Positions 1 through 12,552 of a stretch of DNA of 64,000 nucleotides are shown here, in pieces. Origin of the DNA: Marsupella aquatica (Eukaryota > Plantae > Marchantiophyta); assembly GCA_973895155.1 (NCBI GenBank), contig OZ316897.1, forward strand, positions 17,518,457-17,582,456, given 5' to 3'. The notes beneath the pieces are model-generated. The model did not search any database. It saw only the letters and a program-made list of their open reading frames with translations, and was not told the DNA's origin. Positions within the stretch are counted from its first letter, which is position 1, and every line of letters begins with the position of its first letter. The translations under genes and the position numbers were made by a program.

Positions 1-566
1 GTAACCTTAGACCTTGAGTAAATACCTAACAAGTAAACTCCTGTCCAAAATGCAAGATCACACCCTCCATTTCTTTCTCAGGCCAAGTGTCAAATATAAA
101 ACAATCCTCGGTCCATGGGAGTTGCAGTGGACATAGAATACCTCATGGTCTACCTGGGCTAGCTTCCACTAGCTACTTAATTTCTATTAATAATTTCAAA
201 TATTCTACAGTTTCAGGAAAAAAACTGTTTTTCTAAGATTTTCACATTTTTTATGATCTCCAACTGGCCATGGGAAAAAATAAAACTTCAATTGGCATGA
301 AAGTCAATGGGGTTTGTCTTCAAGTGTGAGAATGGAGAAAATGAACCAGAAGTAGTTGGAGTGAAACTCTTTTATGGATGCCAGTCATATGTTAACTTAC
401 TCCTTACAAGTGAGGGCATTGTAGCCCACAATACAATTGTTACTAATAATTAAAAAGCTAGGCCACAATGCAATTGTTACTAATAATACTAAAATAATAA
501 TATAGGGAAGATGATGCTCCCATGGACCACAGGGTTGGTCTTTTGCACTACCCCACACTTCTCATG

Positions 567-865
567 TGTTAGGAATTGACTCTAGTTCCCGACATAGTTA
601 GCTTGGCCTTACTAGGGTTAGTTTTAACCCTAGATTACATTAGGATAAGATCCGCTTAGTTTAGGCCCACTCATCTTGGCCCCCTTGGGGGTATAGGCTG
701 GAGGGAGAGCACTCTCTCCCTCATTTCTTCACATGTACTCTCATTTGCTATGGAGTCTTCAGAAGTTTCTCCACTTGGGGTTTTTCATCGGTGTAGCATC
801 TGATTGAGTGAGTCTCTCTCATGTTTCCGCATTGCTGTCTAGTTCGGAGCTGACGGTTTCTTACA
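567..865 (+). repeat. 5' LTR (299 bp)
   Basis: TGTTAGGAAT...TTTCTTACA; differs from 6570-6869 by about 5 substitutions and a 1-bp indel in a G run (counted by eye). Confidence 0.97.
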
Positions 866-867
866 AG

Positions 868-879
868 TGGTATTAGAGC
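868..879 (+). promoter_or_regulatory. Primer binding site (tRNA-iMet type)
   Basis: TGGTATTAGAGC, 2 nt after the LTR; one mismatch to the canonical TGGTATCAGAGC. Confidence 0.9.
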
Positions 880-2485
880 TTCGTGTTCGTGGTTCGATGG
901 CCTGGGCAGTGATGAGAGCGATCGTTGTGTTGGATCGTGGTGAAAGATTGAATCGTCGTCGACGGTTGCGTGATCTTTTCACTGGCCGTTTCATTTTGAA
1001 GGATTCGTGTTCAGAAAGGGTGACGGTTTTCCAATTGTAACTTCTCTGAAGTGTTGGATGTGTCACTGTGTTTTTCTGAAGGGATTGTTGGGTGTCCAGT
1101 CCAACGATCTTCTATGCACGTCGGTATGCACTAAGTTCTGGCGAAAGTTTCATTACTTTTCGTTTTCCGAGTGCGGAGTAATCTCATCTTGAGTTTGCTG
1201 TTAAGAGCTTGATGCTCTAGGTTATGCTTTGTTTATGTTTCGACTCTTCTCGTTGTGGGGCCAGTGGGGCCGTTTTCCTTCTCGTTAAAAGTCAAGTTTT
1301 CGTAAGCCAAAGTTGCAAAATTTTGCTTGTTGGGCTTTTCTCTCGAGGTCGCCGCTGCGCAACATTTTTAGGCGGAGCGGCAGGAGAAAGTACAAGAGGA
1401 CTACCAGGGCGAGTGTACAAGGCCCATCATACGTACGCCTGTACGTGGCGGTACGAGGCCAAAGGCACAAGCAGGTGGGCGGGGTACAACTATACCCGAA
1501 GGTACAGTGGGGAGAGGGAGCTCCCTCCTCACGGGAGTATTTTTCTGCAGGGCCCAAGGTGTGAGCAGGTACAACTGTACCTGCAGGTACAGTACTTGAA
1601 AGTACTGCATTAAGTGGGAAGGGAAGGATTTGTGCTCCCTTCTTACGGGAGTCATTTTCTTTGGGCACAAGGCCCTATGAGCATTGAAGAGGGGGAGAGG
1701 GGGAGCGAGCACTCCTTTCCCTTGGGAGTTTTTAATTAGGCTCAAGGCCCTATGCTGCAGCTTGGAGAAGTGGTGAGAGGGGAGTTTTAATGCTCCCTCC
1801 TTTCGGGAGCACTTAAGTGGTTTCAAGGGCACGAGGCCCTATAAATGTACGAGCTAGCCAGGAGGGCTCGGGTGCATTTAAGGAGGGTACGAGGAAGTAT
1901 TTAAAGGGTCAATGCGCGACCCTATGCGCGGGAGGGCAAGGCACGGAAAAGTTTTTTTTAAAGAATTTTTTTGAGGTCGGTAGGGACGAACGCTCGTCCC
2001 TAGTCTTCATTGTTTTTTTTCTTTGAAGTGTTCTTTTCTTTTTCTCTCCGCGATTACTCTTACTTCCCAGGTGGACAGGTGTTGGCTCCACATTTCTTCT
2101 GCTGTAAAATTTGACTGTACTTTGATTCCCTCCGAAAGATACTTTTCCAGAGAGCTGAATTTTGGCCAAAATTTCCGAATTCGGCGGTTGTCGAGGCAGA
2201 ATTTTTTTGCACTGCTTTGCAAGGGGATACTCAAGGGAGTTGAGCACGGGCCTGTGAAATCAATTTGCATTTAACTATTGCGAAATTTTTTGACCCCCCT
2301 CCGGTCCGGGTTGAATAAGTTTTCGCTGGAGAAGTTTTTTGCCAAATCATTTTCAGATCTTGGTAGTGTACCTTGCAGGCTACACGGTAGTGCATTCCAT
2401 TTCCACTTTCACCAACTTTCATTTTTGGTGACTTTTTGGGTGGAGGTATTTCGGTTGTGTTTCCTGTGTGTTTGTGGCAGCATCA

Positions 2486-5400
2486 ATGACTTCAAGAAAG
2501 CTTGCGGCGCCGAAGTTTGAGGTGGAGAAGTTTGACGGGAAGGTCAGCTTCAACCTCTGGACTCGGAAGGTGACCAATGTGTTGATCCAGCAGGGTCTTG
2601 AGAAGACCCTCACTGGAGTGAAACCCTCGAATCTAACAGATGAGGAGTGGGAGGACATATCGGTGCAGGCGTGTAGCACAATTGAGTTGTTCTTGGCAAA
2701 CAACATTCTCAAGAACGTGTTGGGGATGGATCTGAATGCCAAGAAAATCTGGGATATGCTTACTCAGCTATACCAGAGTACTTCGTTGACTACTCGCATT
2801 TATCACTTGGAGCGGCTGTGCAGGTTGAAGTTGAAGGATGGTGGCAACATGCGTGATCACCTCAGTCTCTTTGATGAGATTGTGCACGAGGTGGCCACGG
2901 CGGGAGACAAGTTGACCGATGAGTATCTTGCGATGCATTTGTTGATGTCGCTTCCTCAGAGCTATTCAACGTTGGTGACAGTCATCACACATGACAAGTC
3001 TACGTTGAAGCTGGATGAGGTAAAGGCTACCATTCTTGCAGAATGGGGCAAGCGACAACTTTCTGGCCGTGACAATGAGTCTGCTGCCTTAGTGGTTAGA
3101 GGCAGATCGACGGAGCGTACTACGGATCAATCTAGATCTAAATCACATAGTAGATCTAAATCTAAGTCCCGTAGTAAGAAAGTGCAGTGTTGGCATTGCC
3201 ATGAGAAGGGCCACACCAAGTGGAATTGTCCTTCTCTGTCGAAGCAGAAGCGTCCTGCTTCCAATGGTGCGTCCTCATCGTCGGCTGGTATTGTGATTGC
3301 TGATAATGAGGATGCTGCTGAAGTGCTATGTATTGGTGCTGTGAATTCTGTGTATGACAATAAATGGATGTTGGATTCGGGTTCCTCTTATCACATGTGT
3401 CCAACGCAATCGTATTTCTCCACTTACCAACCTTGTACCGGTACTGTGGAAATCAGAAATGGAGTCCGATGTGCGATTGTTGGCATGGGGACTATCAAAT
3501 TCCGGATGTTTGATGGTGTTGTGCGAGCACTGACGGGAGTCAGACACATACCAGACATCTCTAAGAATTTGATTTCTCTTGGTGCTTTGGAAGCTGGTGG
3601 ATCTCATTTCACTGCACGTGATGGTGCGCTCTTTGTCGTCAAAGATGATGTATCTTTGATTAAGGCGCTACGGCAGAATAATTTGTACATCTTGGAAGGA
3701 GATGTCATTGCTCCTAGAGTGGAGCATGTGGATTCTGTGGTGGAACGTTCGGATGCAGCGGCAACATCTGTTGTAGAGTTATCTACGACTGCTTCAATTG
3801 AAGCACCCTCAACATCTGGTCGCACACAAGCCATAGATTTGTGGCATGCACGGTTGGGGCACTTGAGTGGTAAAGGATTGGCAGCCTTGGCAAACAGAGA
3901 TTTGTTGCAAGGCGTTCAATCTGGTAAACTCTCTTTCTGTGAAGATTGCATCTTCGGCAAGCAGAGGAGAGTGAGTTTCAGTTCTAGTTCATACCATTCT
4001 CATGAAATTCTTGAGTATGTACATTCGGATGTTTGGGGTCTAGCGCCGGAGCCGTCGTTGGATGGAGCCAGATATTTTGTGACGTTTGTAGATGATTACT
4101 CTCGAATGTGTTGGTTGTACTACATGAAGGAGAAGTCTCAAGTCTTTGAGATTTTCAAGGAGTGGAAAGCCATGGTAGAGCTACAAACTGGGAAGGAGTT
4201 GAAGTGTGTTCGGTCCGATAACGGTGGCGAGTATAAGTCCAATGAGTTTGATCAATTTGGTCGGGACCTTGGCCTCAAGCGTCATTACACTGTACCGGAG
4301 ACCCCGCAGCAGAATGGAGTTGCAGAACGGTTGAATCAGACATTGCTGGAGAAAGCACGCAGCATGCTATGTAAGTCCAAGTTGCCCAACAACTTTTGGG
4401 CTGAAGTTGTCAACCAAGCTGTATACGTCTACAATCTGTCACCGCATAGTAGTAAGTTGATGCAGACTCCATTTGAGTTGTGGTATAAGAGACCTGCTGA
4501 TTACTCTAGACTCCAAGTTTTTGGTTGTGCTGCCTATGTTCACATTGAGCAGACACACAGGTCTAAGTTGGATCCCAAGTCTAAGAAATGTATTTTTCTA
4601 GGCTTTAGTCCTGGGCAGAAGGGCTATAAATTGTGGGATCCTGTCGATTGCAAGGCAGTTGTGAATAGAAATGTTGTTTTTGACGAAGAATGGTTGTCAA
4701 GACCCCGGGATATTCAGAAGGAACAGGTGGAGGAACCCACTACGGTGGAGCTTGGTGGCGATGAGGAAGCTGCTGGTCCCTCTGGTAGAGGTGCAATTCC
4801 TCAACCAAGGCGCTCCACCAGGGCCAATTTTGGCCAACCCCCTGATAGATTTGGTTTTGCAGATCCTCGTGTTCACGTTGTTGAGCATGACGATGATCCC
4901 GGTGTTATTTTGCTTACTGAAGATGGAGAACCCTCTAGCTATGAAGAAGCTATGGCCTCTCCAGAGAAGGATAAGTGGATGGAGGCGATGTTGAAGGAGA
5001 TGAATTCTTTGAAGAAGAATTCAACTTGGCGCTTAACTGACATGCCTCGCGGGAAAACACTGGTTCCGTGTAGATGGTTGTACAAGAAGAAGCAGGATGG
5101 CACTTACAAGGCTCGCCTTGTGGCCAAAGGGTACACCCAGAAGGAGGGCTTGGACTACACGGAGATTTTCTCACCAGTTGTCAAACTCACTACTATCCGT
5201 GTTTTACTTGCGATTGTGGCATTCTATGATCTTGAGTTAGATCAGATGGATGTAATTACTGCTTTCCTGCATGGATTGCTTGATGTGGAGATTTATATGA
5301 CTCAGCCTCCAGGTTTTATTGACGAGAAGACCAGACACTTGGTGTGTAAGCTCTTGCGCTCGTTATACGGATTGAAGTAGAGTCCCAGACAGTGGAATAA

Positions 5401-6502
5401 GCGTTTTGATTCCTTCATGTTATCTCAGGGGTTCACACGAAGTGAACATGATTGTTGTATTTACATGAAGGAGGTGGAGAATTACTCATGCTTTGGTTAC
5501 ATTGTGCTGGCATTGTACGTGGATGACATGCTGATCCTGGCTGAGAATAAGTCTGATGTTGCCCATCTGAAAGCAATGCTGAGTAAGGAGTTTTCAATGA
5601 AGGACTTGGGTCAGGCCAAGAAGATACTAGGGATGGAGATTCATCGTGACAGGGAGCAAAGGCAATTATGGTTGTCTCAGAGGCAGTATTTGGAGAAGGT
5701 ACTTGCCAAGTATGGAATGGAGAATGCAAAACCAGTTGGTACTCCATTGGCCTCCCACTTTAAACTCTCAAAGAATGATTGCCCTTCTAGTGAGAGTGAT
5801 AGACTGGCGATGAAACATGTTCCCTATGATAGTGTTGTGGGTAGTTTGATGTATGCAATGACATGCACTAGACCTGACATTGCCCACGCTGTTAGCATTT
5901 TGAGCAGATTTATGGCAAATCCTAGTAAGCTTCACTGGGAAGCAATGAAGTGGGTTTTGCGGTATTTGAAAGGTACCTTAGATTGTGGGATCTTATTTGA
6001 CGGTAAAGCAGACTCTACATTAGAGTTGGAAGGCTTTGTAGATTCAGATTATGCTGGTAACTTGGATAACAGAAAGTCTACTACAGGCTATGTGTTTATG
6101 CTGGGTGGAGGTTGTATCAGCTGGAAGTCGGCAACTCAATCTTGTGTTGCGTTGTCTACTACTGAGGCTGAGTACATGGCTGCATGTGAGGCAACCAAGG
6201 AGCTGATTTGGCTACGGAGATTGGTGAGTGATCTGGGTCTTTCACCTGAAAGACCGGTGCTACTGTGCGACAGTCAAAGTGCTTTGCATCTGGCTAAGAA
6301 CCCTGTGTTCCATGCCAGGACAAAGCACATTGATATTCGTTATCACTTCATCCGTGAGGAGATTGAGACGAAGCAGATGTTTCTGGAGAAGGTGGCTTCA
6401 GAGGAGAATGCGGCAGACATGCTTACCAAAGTTTTACCTACCAGTAACTTTAGTCATTGTGTGGATATTATTAATGTTAGGGCCAAACCAGTGACTATGT
6501 AA
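2486..6502 (+). pseudogene. Copia gag-pol polyprotein with one in-frame stop
   Basis: Gag start KFEVEKFDG, zinc knuckle CWHCHEKGHTKWNC, protease WMLDSGSSYHM, integrase HHCC plus DDYSR/SDNGGEY/NGVAER, RT LYVDDML, RNase H ENAADMLTK. ORFs 2468-5380 and 5417-6502 are in the same frame, split only by TAG at 5378-5380 inside the conserved YGLK(Q)SPRQW. Confidence 0.95.
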
Positions 6503-6558
6503 ATATGTTACTTAGTTACATATTGTATATCACCTGACTCATTGTGTGAACTTGAGTC

Positions 6559-6569
6559 AAGGTGGAGAT
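6559..6569 (+). promoter_or_regulatory. Polypurine tract
   Basis: AAGGTGGAGAT immediately before the 3' LTR. Confidence 0.8.
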
Positions 6570-6869
6570 TGTTAGGAATTGACTCTAGTTCCCGACATAG
6601 TTAGCTTGGCCTTACTAGGGTTAGTTTTAACCCTAGATTACATTAGGATAAGATCCGCTTAGTTTAGGCCCACTCATCTTGGCCCCCTTGGGGGGTATAG
6701 GCTGGAGGGAGAGCACTCTCTCCCTCATTTCTTCACATGTACTCTCATTTGCTATGGAGCCTTCAAAAGTTTCTCCACTTGGGGTGTTTCATCGGTGTAG
6801 CATCTGATTGAGTGAGTCTCTCTCATGTTTCCGCATTGTTGTCTAGTCCGGAGCTGACGGTTTCTTACA
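6570..6869 (+). repeat. 3' LTR (300 bp)
   Basis: Direct repeat of 567-865, followed by TSD TCATG. Confidence 0.97.
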
Positions 6870-7182
6870 TCATGCCCTTGCAACTATTAATACATCAAAA
6901 AATCAACATGATGTTGGGCATGTCTGAAAAATGGTTTTGATCCGCCCAACAATACAATCATCTTCTTAACACATCTAGTAGCCGCATAGCTTCATCCAGC
7001 CTATGTGACCAACCCCCTCCATCAGGGACCTCGTATAAAAAGAAGCATAAACAGGTAGGGTGTATGGTGAAAAAATGTACTCAACACGTTGGGGATTGCC
7101 ACTTGGCACATGAAGCTACTTCATCTTGGCAAGCATTTGAAATAAAGGTTATGTTTCAGTTTTCTACCAAAAGCTTGTCATG

Positions 7183-7189
<7 letters not shown>

Positions 7190-7231
<42 letters not shown>
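7190..7231. repeat. (GA)n microsatellite
   Basis: Pure GA run. Confidence 0.95.
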
Positions 7232-7234
<3 letters not shown>

Positions 7235-7504
7235 CAGCCCTCAATTTTACTCCGGAAAATGCAGCGGGGGAGGGGGGGTTGAGGTGGGTTAAGGCAGCTA
7301 GCCAGTTAGCAACAAGAACCCAATATACAAGTTAATAACATGACACAACTACTAAATGGGAAGCAGGTTCATAAATAAATTTTGTTTGGGGGCCAAGTGA
7401 TTAGTATGAGGTGTGGGTAATTTGGGAGACACATTAGTAAAAAGCTATTAGAAACAAAGGTCATTCCTTCGTTTCGGTTCTCTACCAAAAGGTCGTCACC
7501 AATC

Positions 7505-7506
<2 letters not shown>

Positions 7507-7542
<36 letters not shown>
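7507..7542. repeat. (GA)n microsatellite, part of an old local duplication with 7140-7235
   Basis: Pure GA run; both runs are preceded by TCTACCAAAAG and followed by TTAC. Confidence 0.9.
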
Positions 7543-7545
<3 letters not shown>

Positions 7546-8525
7546 CGCAGCTCTCACGAGGGAATGGGAATGGAGTTCCCTTGACATGCCACTCTACAAC
7601 AATCTGGGTTTGGTGTCAGCTCAATGCACAAGACCTGCTCGCCATTCGAGACTTCTCCCCATCGATGTCACAAGTTTCTAAAGCTGGCAACGACTTGAAC
7701 ATTGGCTACTTGGCGGAGACCTCGAGTACACAAATGTAGTAATAATGCACCATCCTGTAGGTGGGCCGCTGCACTAACATGTCCGGGTGGAGTTCCTGTG
7801 TATGATCCGTTGCTCTCACGTCAACGTGTAAGAAGAATCGCTTCGTGAAAAGGGCGATGGCATGCGCAGCAAGGCAGTGGAAAGAAGGTCGAGCAAGCTA
7901 ACGAGCGAGCCAAGTGGAGGCCCGAGAGCATGCAATTGTCCGGTGCATGCGCTCGCCGATGATTATTCACGCATTTTATCGTTGTCGCTACCTCTCCTCC
8001 CGCTCGGTGGTTCTCTTCTATATCTAGCTGTGATCGATCCAACGACGAGGACGACGACGAAGAAGGAACGAGACGAGACGAGACGAGACGACCGTGCTAC
8101 AATTCTGCTTACCGGCGGGTTCCAATGTCGCCGATTCCCCCCCCTGTAATCTCTCCGCCCGCCTCGTTTCTGTTCTGCTCTTGACTGCCAATTGGCCCCC
8201 GCCTGCTCGCCGTTTCTTTCAATGGTTTTCGTTCTGGAAAGCGGATTTGATGGTGTGTGAATTGTAACAGAAAGAGAGGCGAGGGGACGATACGGGACCG
8301 AGGAGGACGGACGCTCTCCGGGGCCGCAAGTCCTGCGACTTTTGTGATGTGCGGCGCAGGAAAAGCTGTTGTTCGTCGAGCCGTCTGGCTTTGATCTTTT
8401 AGACAACTGGCGAGAAAAACGGTGCAGGATCGCGCTGGGTGTGCTACTTCGTCGTCCAATTTTATGGTTATTTGCGGAAGAAGAAAGACGGGTCTCTGAG
8501 GTAGGACGAGAAGCACGGCAGGGCG

Positions 8526-10942
8526 ATGGATCGTTACGAAGGGGGAGCGCTGGAGCCTGGCGGGGTCGACGGTCTGCAGACTAGCGGAGGAGGAGCGGGG
8601 GACGGAGGAGGAGGAGGAGGAGGTGGAATGCAAGAGGAAAGGAACACTCGGGCGTCGAGATGGAACATCAACGAAACCCTAGTGCTTATCGCAGCGAAGA
8701 AAAAAGAAATGGAAGAGGAGAGGGATGCGCGCTCCAGAGGGAAAGTCACCCACGATTCGAACAAGTGGTCAGTAGTAGCGCAGTATTGTAATGAGCAAGG
8801 GGTGAACAGAGATGCATCCCAATGTAAGAAGCGTTGGCACAGCCTGTACACGGAGTATAAAAAAATCAAGGATTATGAACGAGATAACACTGATCCGGCG
8901 GCTTCTTATTGGCAGATAAGTGCAGACAGGCGGAGAGAATGCACATTAGCACCAATGTTCGAGAGGGAGGTTTTCGATCTCATGAACAGCTTTCTCTCGT
9001 GGACTCCGAAACAGTCAATGGCCGAGGACGCCACTGTGGCGATCGGTGCTGCACCTGAGGCTACCAATGGTGGAATTGTGGGGGATATCGAAGGGCCTGA
9101 AGGAAATAGCCAGGGTTCGTCCATGGACATTGGGGGAAAAGAGGTCGCTGGTGCTGGTAAATTGTCCCCTACTTCCTCTTGTGAATTTTCAGCAAATGCA
9201 AATGAATCAAAGCTGTTTTACGGGACCTCAAGTATTCGTGTGCGGAATTTGGAGGTTGGTGCGAATTCGGCTTTAAGAAATTAATCGACTTGTCACTAGT
9301 GAAGCACACGCCTAATTAAAATATGTACAGGGAGTGTATCTAGAAATTTGAAAACGCCGAGCATTCGTCAGTGAGAACGAAGCAGCTAGTGTTTATGACG
9401 AAGTTCTTTTCTTCTTATTGTGATGCCCCCTCCAGACGAATGAAAACAACGGTGCAAGATTACCATCTCCCTTGTTGAAGTTTAAGGGATAAATTTGTCT
9501 TCGTTTTACGCGTTTCATTTGTATCCATAGAGAGGATCACCGTAACAAAATTCCCGTCAAATTGTACAACCATCCGGCCTCTGGCAGCCCTTTGTTGTAA
9601 GGAACCACTGGATTACCCTATCGGGTCTCCTCCAGTTCGTACGACATTACAATCCAACACCCATTGCATTGGCTTGTACAACCACTTTGATGTTCTGTCT
9701 ACGTCTCTTATAAACGAAATTGGACAATCTATGTCGATTCGACGAGCCAGTTGTAGATGTGAGGAATCTTCCTTCCCCTAGACAGGTTCATAAGTGTTGT
9801 GAAGCGGTCTGCATCACATGCCAAATAACTACGCATTTTGAAGAGAGTTTGAGGTTGGCATGATGGAATATTGCCTTTCAAATATGTGGAGGTTTACGCT
9901 GAGCTATGGCGTTGGGTTTTGTAGAAAAGAATCACCGGGCGTCACGATGGACAGTTCATGAAACTTTGGTTTTAATTTTGGCCAAGAAGACCGAGGCATT
10001 AGAGGAACAGGATGCACCCAGGAGAGGACGTTTAACACAGGATAACAAGAAATGGGCAGCTATTGCACAATTTTGCAACGAGAAAGGAGTCAGACGAGAT
10101 AGCATGCAATGCAAGAAGAGATGGCACAATCTCTACACTGAGTTCAAGAAGATCAAGCAACATGAACAGTTGGCTGGCGTGGAATCGTATTGGGTCATGA
10201 GTGTTGAGAAAAGGCGCGAGTTTAAATTGGCACGGATGTTCGAGAAGGAAGTCTATGACTCCATGAACGAATTCCTTGTCCAAGCTTCAAAACTCGTGCC
10301 TGTGTCAACATTTGAAAATGGTCGTCCTTCAGCTGTGCGTGATCCAGTGACGCCAGCTCGTGACGCAGTTCCTGAAGTGGGTGAGAATGAGAACGACAGT
10401 TCTCACGAGGGTTCTCTCATGGAAATGGGGGGTTTGGGCAGCGCTGCATTTGGTGCAGGTGAGAGCATAGTTTGTAAAGACATTCATTCTCGTAACTCTA
10501 CATTCCTCCTAATCGTTTTCATTACTGTAGTACTTCTGAGGAAGTAAAGGCAAATGATGAAGAGAGCAATTCTCAAAATCTCTTTGACCAACGCAATTAC
10601 GTATTTGCTAAGAAAGGCATTTTGTTACAGTGATTTTGCGCAAATGCTCCCATATAGCTTGGTTTGTTTTTACTTGTGTTCTTGCCTGGGTATTGATTTT
10701 GACCAAAGAACAATTGATCAGGCCATAGGAAACGCCCGCGACGCCGACTTTTAAGTCGTGATGAAGTGCCAGAGCAGAAGTTGGTAGCTGTACTCGAGAA
10801 GAATAGCAGAGCGATGCAAGCTGAACTGGCAGCAGACCGGGAGCTTAGAAAGGAGCAAGGCAGACACTTGATCGCTGTTTTTGACAAACTTGCAGACGGG
10901 CTGGGGCAGATAGCCTCTGCGATTCACAATCTGCAAAAGTAG
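8526..10942 (+). CDS. Trihelix (Myb/SANT-like) transcription factor, SH4/ASR3-like, with two tandem DNA-binding domains; about 461 aa
   Basis: Exons 8526-9156, 9925-10458, 10722-10942, with both introns GT-AG and phase 1. Exons 1 and 2 each carry RASRW..ETLVLI.AKK...KW..(V/I)AQ.C...GV.RD..QCKKRW..LYTE.KKIK...SYW....RRE..L..MFE.EV. Exon 3 encodes a basic NLS-like RKRPRRR and the family coiled-coil tail DRELRKEQGRHLIAVFDKLADGLGQIA. Confidence 0.85.
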
Positions 10943-12208
10943 AAATTATATATTTCCCCAATCTGCATTTCACAAGATCCTAGATTTACTGGGTCAACTA
11001 CAGTGCCCACCCTTTCATACTGGGTGGTTTAGGATACAGGCGAAAAAGAAATTGGAGATAGCTGCTCACATACTTTCTCATTTTCCACAGAATCGGATGT
11101 ATCTTAGTTCAGAAGTTCAAGGACAGATTTAGGTGTGAACAAAACTAGTGATTTGATCTTTTCAGTCATCCGGAATCAACAGGCACTGTGCATGTATATT
11201 ATTAGGACTCAGCCAATCACCTACACTTGGACAGAGGAACCAGTGATACACTCACGAATGCTCACAACTTATCTTAGCGAAAGTGCACAAACAAAGAGCC
11301 ACTGTGGAAAACTATCAGAAACAGGGTTTCGGACCCTCGATGATTTCTATGTTTAATGTCATAGTTAGAACATGAGTGTAGGCAATTTATCAATGATTCA
11401 ATCTGGCAGAGTCTCAGTGAGACTCGTTGTATATACATGGGCTGCAACCATTTGGGCAGATGTGATTCACCTTACGCAAAATTTTGCCTGGTGAACATCT
11501 TGTATACAGTCGATTACTGGATTAAATGCATCCAATTTGAATTTACAGCCTGTGCGGTGTTTTGAGCATCGCTTGGCATCTCTCTGATCATTCGCCTAGT
11601 ATCCTTTTTCTGGAGTTGGTATATACCTGAAACTGCTCTTGTACTGTTTGTCTTAGAGTTGTGATTTATCTGCAGTTGACAAAAAGCCTATAGCGATTGA
11701 TTGTGATCTAAACGTGTCCATTGTGATAAAAATGAAGAGCGGATTGCGCAATGATTGGATCAACATTCCTGCTAAAAGGCGTTGGTAATGTGGGCAGTGC
11801 TCTATCACCTTCTTTCGTGTTTAGGGCGGTGCTTCATCAACCAATCGTTAGGTTGCGGTGTCACCCAGCTTATGTAATACTTGAGAATCGCTAAACCCTA
11901 AACCTCTTTTCAGTAAGTTGGCCCTTTTAAGAATTGGAGTCAAGGAACTGTAGGAACGGCCATTCTTGTTCTGCACGCAAAAAGTCGTTTGTCTTCCACA
12001 AAGGTTGTGTAGCCTCTATCGTTATCAGAAAAGCTCTAACGGTGATCTCGAAGCTGGCGGTTATGTCTCGGTGTCTCAGAAACCCGTTTCACGGCTTCTG
12101 TATTACTGTGGTTAGTCGGATGAGTGATAAAGCGCATTTGCAGCCATGAAGGAGGTTTCTATGGGCAGTCTATGGGCATTATAATTTTCACAAGCTCATC
12201 ATCTTGTG

Positions 12209-12552
12209 TTTTGGATGGTTTCATGCGTTTAATTGACAGATGAAAGACGGTAGACACAGAGCGTTTTGGATGGGATCATGCGTTTAATTGACAGTGAATG
12301 ACGGTACACACGGAGCAACTGCCATTTAGAGAGTGAGCCTAACCAGTTTTGTGCGTTTAATTGATATATGAAAGATGGTAGACAGAGCAACTGTGGTTTC
12401 ATGCCTTTAGTTATAGATGAGAGATGGTAGACAGAGAGCAACTGCCCTTTAGAGAGTAAGTCCAACCAGTTTTGGATGGATTCATGCGTTTAATTGACAG
12501 ATCAAAGATGGTAGACACAGAGCAACTGCCATTTAAAGAGTAAGCCCAACCA
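12209..12552. repeat. Degenerate minisatellite, about 5 units of 55-80 bp
   Basis: Recurring TCATGCGTTTAATTGACAGATGAAAGAYGGTAGACACAGAGC(AACTGCCATTTAGAGAGT). Confidence 0.85.

Larger units (their letters stand above)
567..6869 (+). mobile_element. Full-length Ty1/copia LTR retrotransposon
   Basis: Two TG...CA LTRs (567-865, 6570-6869); 5-bp TSD TCATG at 562-566 and 6870-6874; PBS after the 5' LTR; polypurine tract before the 3' LTR; gag-PR-INT-RT-RH order typical of copia. Confidence 0.98.

Noticed and set aside
839-2520. Many short ORFs on both strands of the copia leader as an extra gene
   Set aside because: Overlapping, without recognisable domains; explained by GC-rich repetitive leader sequence.
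5378-5380. Programmed stop-codon readthrough in pol
   Set aside because: The stop replaces a conserved Gln inside RT, is explained by one C>T change, and lacks a CARYYA readthrough context.
7821-8633. ORFs overlapping the trihelix 5' region
   Set aside because: Low-complexity translations of GC-rich promoter/UTR sequence or antisense shadows.
9157-9284. C-terminal extensions of ORFs 8526-9284 and 9906-10547, and of the TOR1, CAF1 and PHT3 ORFs
   Set aside because: These are read-through into introns past clear GT donors.
11675-11784. Possible additional phase-1 exon downstream of the trihelix gene
   Set aside because: AG and GT boundaries exist but the peptide has no family similarity; insufficient support without transcripts.
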